Positions 59,741 through 64,000 of a stretch of DNA of 64,000 nt are shown one piece after another (the stretch's first letter is position 1; every line of letters starts with the position of its first letter). The notes beneath the pieces were generated by a model. The model saw only the letters and a list, made by a program, of their open reading frames with translations. It was not told the origin of the DNA and made no database searches. This DNA comes from Nitrososphaeria archaeon. Lineage in GTDB: Archaea > Thermoproteota > Nitrososphaeria > JACIWG01. The stretch is taken from positions 96,001 to 160,000 of the forward strand of contig CAVVXT010000019.1 of the NCBI GenBank assembly GCA_963752255.1. The letters are read 5' to 3'. A program made the translations under genes and the position numbers.

Positions 59741-61429
59741 TTATCTTTGAAGGCCCAGCAAAAGGGATACGCGGTCTTTATAATTTAGAAAAGATGAATT
59801 CTGGGACTCTAAGGGTCTGTGGAGAAGAACCTTACCCGCAGCTATATTCTGATGTTTTCCATGAACTATAGTCATTTTGCCATTAACTATCACGTACTCT
59901 ATGCCTTCCGCATACTGATGTGGATCCCCGTAGGTTGCTTTGTCTTTGATCTCGTTTTCGTTGAAAATGACGATGTCAGCCCACATGCCTTCCCTTACGA
60001 TGCCTCTATCTAAAAGGCCCACCTTCTGCGCTGGAAATGAAGTCATTTTATTTACAGCCTTTTCAAGGCTTAGAACACCTTTTTCTCGGACATATTCCCC
60101 TAGTATCTTTGGATATGTTCCATAGAATCTTGGATGCGGCTTTCCAATGTTAAGAATTCCCTCGGTCGCTACTGCCCACGAATCGGTGCCAATCATTGTT
60201 AAAGGGTGTTGCATAATTCTTTGAATATCGTCTTCATTCATTTCAAACACTACCATAGAAGCGCGACCTTTTTCTTCTAATATTAGATCGAATAAAGCTG
60301 TAAGTTCGTCCGGTTTACCCTCTAACTTTGTTATTTGGATGAGGTTCTTGCCCTCCAAAAATTTGTTCTTTCCAGACCCTACGTAACTTAAGAATATGTT
60401 TTCCCAGTCACAATTTTCGATAAGGTTATCCCAACCTAGAATGCCTTCTTGTATGTCCCTTCTGATCTTTTCCCTTTGATCAGGTTTTTCCAACCTTTCA
60501 ATTATCTTATCCATGCCTCCTTCATGAACCCATGGGGGCAAAAGCATAACCAGGGATGTCATTCCAGCTTCGTAAGGGTATTGATCACAGGTAACATCAA
60601 CCCCTCGGCTTCTTGCGTCCTCCATTAACTTTAGAGTTTCTTTGCTTTTACCCCATTGAAGTCTTCCAGCCGCCTTGTGATGTGATATTTCAACAGGTGT
60701 ACCGCTTTTTTCCCCGATCTCTATCGCTTCTTTAACAGACTTGATCAGGTTGGCACTTTCCCCTCTTATATGAGATGTATAGATTCCGCCATATTTTGAT
60801 ACAACTTTAGATAATTCGATTAACTCATTAGTTTTCGAGTATGTTCCAGGGGAGTAGATCAGACCGCTAGACATTCCGAAGGCACCTGCCTCCATCGCTT
60901 CGGCTACAAGAACACCCATACTTTCGATCTCCTTCTTGGTTGGATCACGCTCTTCAAAACCCATTACCGCTATTCTTATTGTACCATGTCCGACGAGATT
61001 TACTATATTTAATGAGCATTCTATCCTCCCTTGATATCTTAAATAATCGCTAAAGGATGACCATTGAACTTTTAAAATTTCACCAGAGGGTAGGAATGGC
61101 GAGAGGTATTCCATTAATAGATCCTTTCTGTCACGATTGACAGGAGCGAGACTCATGCCGCAATTTCCAACCACCATCGTTGTTACACCCTGGTGGAGCG
61201 CACTTGAAGCCTTAGGGTCAAAAGGTATTGCAAAGTCTGAGTGGCTGTGCATATCAATGAATCCGGGTGAAACAACGAGCCCACCTGCATCTATCACATC
61301 CTTTGCCTTTGCAGAGACAAGGCGACCAACTTTTGAAATTCGCCCATTCTTGACAGCGACATCAGCCCTGAACCATGGGTTACCTGTACCGTCAACAATT
61401 TTTCCATTTTTAATTAGGATATCGTACAA
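59741..61429 (-). CDS. N-acyl-D-amino-acid deacylase (D-aminoacylase)
   Basis: SPGFIDMHSHSD, QGVTTMVVGNCG, SHIRGE, SHHK, DQYPY, PHPRFYGTYP. Confidence 0.93.
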   Translation of the reverse strand: MYDILIKNGKIVDGTGNPWFRADVAVKNGRISKVGRLVSAKAKDVIDAGGLVVSPGFIDMHSHSDFAIPFDPKASSALHQGVTTMVVGNCGMSLAPVNRDRKDLLMEYLSPFLPSGEILKVQWSSFSDYLRYQGRIECSLNIVNLVGHGTIRIAVMGFEERDPTKKEIESMGVLVAEAMEAGAFGMSSGLIYSPGTYSKTNELIELSKVVSKYGGIYTSHIRGESANLIKSVKEAIEIGEKSGTPVEISHHKAAGRLQWGKSKETLKLMEDARSRGVDVTCDQYPYEAGMTSLVMLLPPWVHEGGMDKIIERLEKPDQREKIRRDIQEGILGWDNLIENCDWENIFLSYVGSGKNKFLEGKNLIQITKLEGKPDELTALFDLILEEKGRASMVVFEMNEDDIQRIMQHPLTMIGTDSWAVATEGILNIGKPHPRFYGTYPKILGEYVREKGVLSLEKAVNKMTSFPAQKVGLLDRGIVREGMWADIVIFNENEIKDKATYGDPHQYAEGIEYVIVNGKMTIVHGKHQNIAAGKVLLHRPLESQNSSFLNYKDRVSLLLGLQR

Positions 61430-61616
61430 ACTTCACATCATTCTTAATCTTTTAGACATCCTTTAAAATATTTAAATATTGTTCACCTTACAAAAAAGTG
61501 AATTAGAGAATTTTTCAGTAAAGGAAAAAATTGTAACTCGAAATCATCTGATGAAGAAGGATATTGATATAACAAACCTTATATAGTTTTGGCGCGCATA
61601 TAGGTCTCTGGTTTTA

Positions 61617-62543
61617 GTGATTCGGATGAAAAGAATTTCATTTAAACAGGTGGGATTAAAGTACACTCTTAACCCATATGACGAGCCTATAATTAGGATA
61701 AAACCTAAAGAAACTATTGTTGTCGAAGTCGAAGATGCGCCTTCTGGTCAGATAAGAAAAGAAGGCGATGTTAGGGACCGTGATAAAATTCCATTTGGAA
61801 ACCCCGTTGTGGGCCCAATTTATATTGAAGGAGCAGAAGAGGAGGATACAATATCTGTGAATATAAAAGACATTAAGCCAACTATAGGTCAAGGCTCAAC
61901 CTATCTTTCTGAATTTAATCAGAGGTATCTGACTGATGTGCCAATCTTAAGATTTTTGAATAGCAGCCTTCCAAAGAGAACAAAGATATGTAAGATAAGG
62001 GGTGGGGCAGTACAGTTTGATGACTTGACCCTTCCCTACAGGCCTATGGTAGGAACCATAGGAGTTGCACCACATCCTCAAGCTGAATCAATTTCATCAA
62101 GCGTCATGCCTGGGCCGCATGGTGGAAACATGGATATTTCGGACATCTGCCCGGGAAGTACAGTTTTTCTACCTGTCTTCAATGAAGGTGGTTTCCTCTA
62201 TATAGGAGATGCTCACGCCGTACAGGGGGACGGAGAAATATCCGGAACAGCCGTCGAAATGCCTGCCGAATTGACAATCAAAGTTGATGTAACAAAGGAA
62301 AGCATCAACTGGCCTAGGATTGAGACAGATCGTGAAATTATGGTAGCAACTTCAACGAGCGCTGCAAGGAGTTTTGAAGATGCAATCAGAACCGCTTTCT
62401 TGGAGCTTACAATGTGGATGGAAGAGAAATGTGGCACAAATCGATTGGACTGCCTAATGCTGTGTTCGCAGGTTGGAAGAATCAGGGTAGGCAACCTTTG
62501 GACAGTAGCGGCGGCAATAGAAAAGAAGTACTTGAGGAAGTAG
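61617..62543 (+). CDS. Acetamidase/formamidase family protein
   Basis: NPVVGPIYIEGA, PMVGTIGVAP, PGPHGGNMD, GDAHAVQGDGE. Confidence 0.92.
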   Translation: MIRMKRISFKQVGLKYTLNPYDEPIIRIKPKETIVVEVEDAPSGQIRKEGDVRDRDKIPFGNPVVGPIYIEGAEEEDTISVNIKDIKPTIGQGSTYLSEFNQRYLTDVPILRFLNSSLPKRTKICKIRGGAVQFDDLTLPYRPMVGTIGVAPHPQAESISSSVMPGPHGGNMDISDICPGSTVFLPVFNEGGFLYIGDAHAVQGDGEISGTAVEMPAELTIKVDVTKESINWPRIETDREIMVATSTSAARSFEDAIRTAFLELTMWMEEKCGTNRLDCLMLCSQVGRIRVGNLWTVAAAIEKKYLRK

Positions 62544-62589
62544 GAAATTCTTTTATGTCCACTATGCCTTTTATTAGAGGAATCAATCG

Positions 62590-63279
62590 ATGTTAAAGCT
62601 GAAAGGGCTCGGCGTTTCAACTGGTGTAACAACAGGGCCTGTACTAGTCTTTAACGTACTTAAAGAAAATAAGCTGCTTGAAATTCAAGAGGAAAATCTA
62701 AGCGAACTTAAACGTTTTGAAAAAACACTCCAGAGAACCAGAGAGGACATCGAAGCTGCTTACAACAAGCTTGTGAAGGAGGGGATACGTGAAGGTGAAA
62801 TATTAAGTGCACACCTTCAGATACTTGATGATGAAGAGTTCTCAGGTGCGATAAAGACACTGATATCCAACAAGAAAATGAAAGTTGAGGATGCGGTTGA
62901 AGAAACTGTAAAGAAGCTATCAGCCACACTTAGAGAAGCAAAGTCGGAATATATTAGATCAAGGATAATAGATATAAACGATCTTGGAGAACAACTGATT
63001 AGAAATATGACATCTAAGAAGGGGGCAGCTATTTCCTCAGTAAAGCCGTCAATAATTGTAGCAAAAGAACTTGGCGCTACAGATGTAGCGACAATGGATA
63101 AGGGGAAAATACTTGGTATAGTTACTGAAGAGGGATCTCCGATTTCCCATGTTTCGATATTAGCTAGAGCACTTAAAATCCCAGCTGTTGTTAAATGCCA
63201 AAACATAGTAGATCAAGTTGAAAGCAGGGACACAATTTTTATAAACGGCTCTACAGGAGAAGTCATAATCAATCCTTAG
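62590..63279 (+). CDS. PTS Enzyme I N-terminal half only (HPr-binding helical domain plus phospho-His domain)
   Basis: GLGVSTG, ILSAHLQILDD, YIRSRIIDINDL, TEEGSPISHVSILARALKIPAVV, NGSTGEVIINP*; no PEP-binding barrel. Confidence 0.88.
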   Translation: MLKLKGLGVSTGVTTGPVLVFNVLKENKLLEIQEENLSELKRFEKTLQRTREDIEAAYNKLVKEGIREGEILSAHLQILDDEEFSGAIKTLISNKKMKVEDAVEETVKKLSATLREAKSEYIRSRIIDINDLGEQLIRNMTSKKGAAISSVKPSIIVAKELGATDVATMDKGKILGIVTEEGSPISHVSILARALKIPAVVKCQNIVDQVESRDTIFINGSTGEVIINP

Positions 63280-63360
63280 GAAATAACCATGTGGATCCAT
63301 CACCAGTAAACAATAAGGTAATTGAAAAGATTTTTTATACGTTCAATAACAAATATCCTG

Positions 63361-63768
63361 ATGTCAGAAAATTTGGGCGCAGCATCGTTCAAGCAGCTTG
63401 AGAAGGAATTCGATGAACTAGACAAGGAAATGAAAGCTGCGATAAGCGATTGGCAGGGTTCATATGTTAACGACACTTGGGTTCCTAATATCCATAGAGA
63501 TTCTGAAAAAGACTTCATCATTCTAGAGAGACTGTTTAAATTATATGATAGACTAGCAGTTTTGTTTGACAAAAACAGAATTGTCCAAGAAAACCATAAA
63601 GAGTTGGAAAGGATTGTGCATGAAAATATGCTAAAATTGGAGACAGCTGTCGAACAGATGGAAAATGGAGACTTCACATTTGTTGACGCCCCCGATAAGG
63701 AATCTTTCCATACATCATGGATGAGTTTGCATCAAAGCTTGATGGCGTTCTTAAAAAAACGTCTCTAG
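63361..63768 (+). CDS. Rv1126c-like protein (family associated with PPDK-type phospho-His proteins)
   Basis: F..LD.EMK..ISDWQ, PN.H.D, ESFHTSWMSLHQSL; TATA-like TTTTTATA ~25 nt upstream of ATG 63361. Confidence 0.6.
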   Translation: MSENLGAASFKQLEKEFDELDKEMKAAISDWQGSYVNDTWVPNIHRDSEKDFIILERLFKLYDRLAVLFDKNRIVQENHKELERIVHENMLKLETAVEQMENGDFTFVDAPDKESFHTSWMSLHQSLMAFLKKRL

Positions 63769-63773
63769 ATGAA

Positions 63774-64000
63774 TTAGACTTTACGCAGGTTTTTTGAATC
63801 TTCTGCAGCATTTTTGGCATCATTAAGACTACCGCCCGAACTTATCTCAACAGCTGCGGCGAATGATCCTTCAACTAGCGGAGCATCCGCGATGGTGACC
63901 TTCTCTCCAATTTCTTTAGGGAGCATCTTTATAGCTGCTTTGGAACTTATTATTGCACTTCCTAAATCGCAGACTATCAACACACCCCCTCTGTCCATCA
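63774..64000 (-). CDS. dhaM: DhaM (EIIA-Man-fold phosphotransferase subunit of PTS-dependent dihydroxyacetone kinase), C-terminal part
   Basis: GVLIVCDLGSA, IADAPLVEGSFAAAV; 5' end lies beyond the window. Confidence 0.85.
   Translation of the reverse strand, partial: MDRGGVLIVCDLGSAIISSKAAIKMLPKEIGEKVTIADAPLVEGSFAAAVEISSGGSLNDAKNAAEDSKNLRKV

Noticed and set aside
1-64000. CRISPR array, rRNA, transposase or integrase genes
   Set aside because: No regularly spaced repeats, rRNA-like stretches or recognisable recombinase/transposase motifs were found.

Overview
Archaeal chromosome segment, most likely from a deep-branching Nitrososphaeria/Thermoproteota lineage (Thaum-/Aigarchaeota-like). This placement is inferred from the RadA style, a eukaryote-like topoisomerase IB, a short archaeal PurA, a class I CCA enzyme, archease, and eL22-like and EMC6-like proteins. 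Positions 1-26.8 kb and 39.5-49.3 kb are core housekeeping (radA, asnS, pyrC, CBS proteins, Rqc2, fumarase, argS, purA, uppS, GPN GTPase, cca, thpR, rnz, prs, trx, archease). Three tRNA genes are present: Pro-GGG with a 16-nt intron, Ser-TGA, and an atypical Arg-TCT. Accessory blocks are: (i) a cysteine-synthesis/sulfur-relay cluster (31.3-38.3 kb) whose promoters share a 15-bp TATAAC-N3-GTTATA palindrome next to a Cys-bearing HTH regulator; (ii) a ~3.5 kb islet bounded by the tRNA-Ser 3' end and a degenerate copy of it; (iii) a catabolic region ending in an unusual PTS-like trio (Enzyme I N-terminal half only, an Rv1126c-like protein, DhaM). About ten genes are broken by 1-2 nt indels or stops, which suggests consensus errors. 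All family calls come from motif recognition by eye, not database searches.
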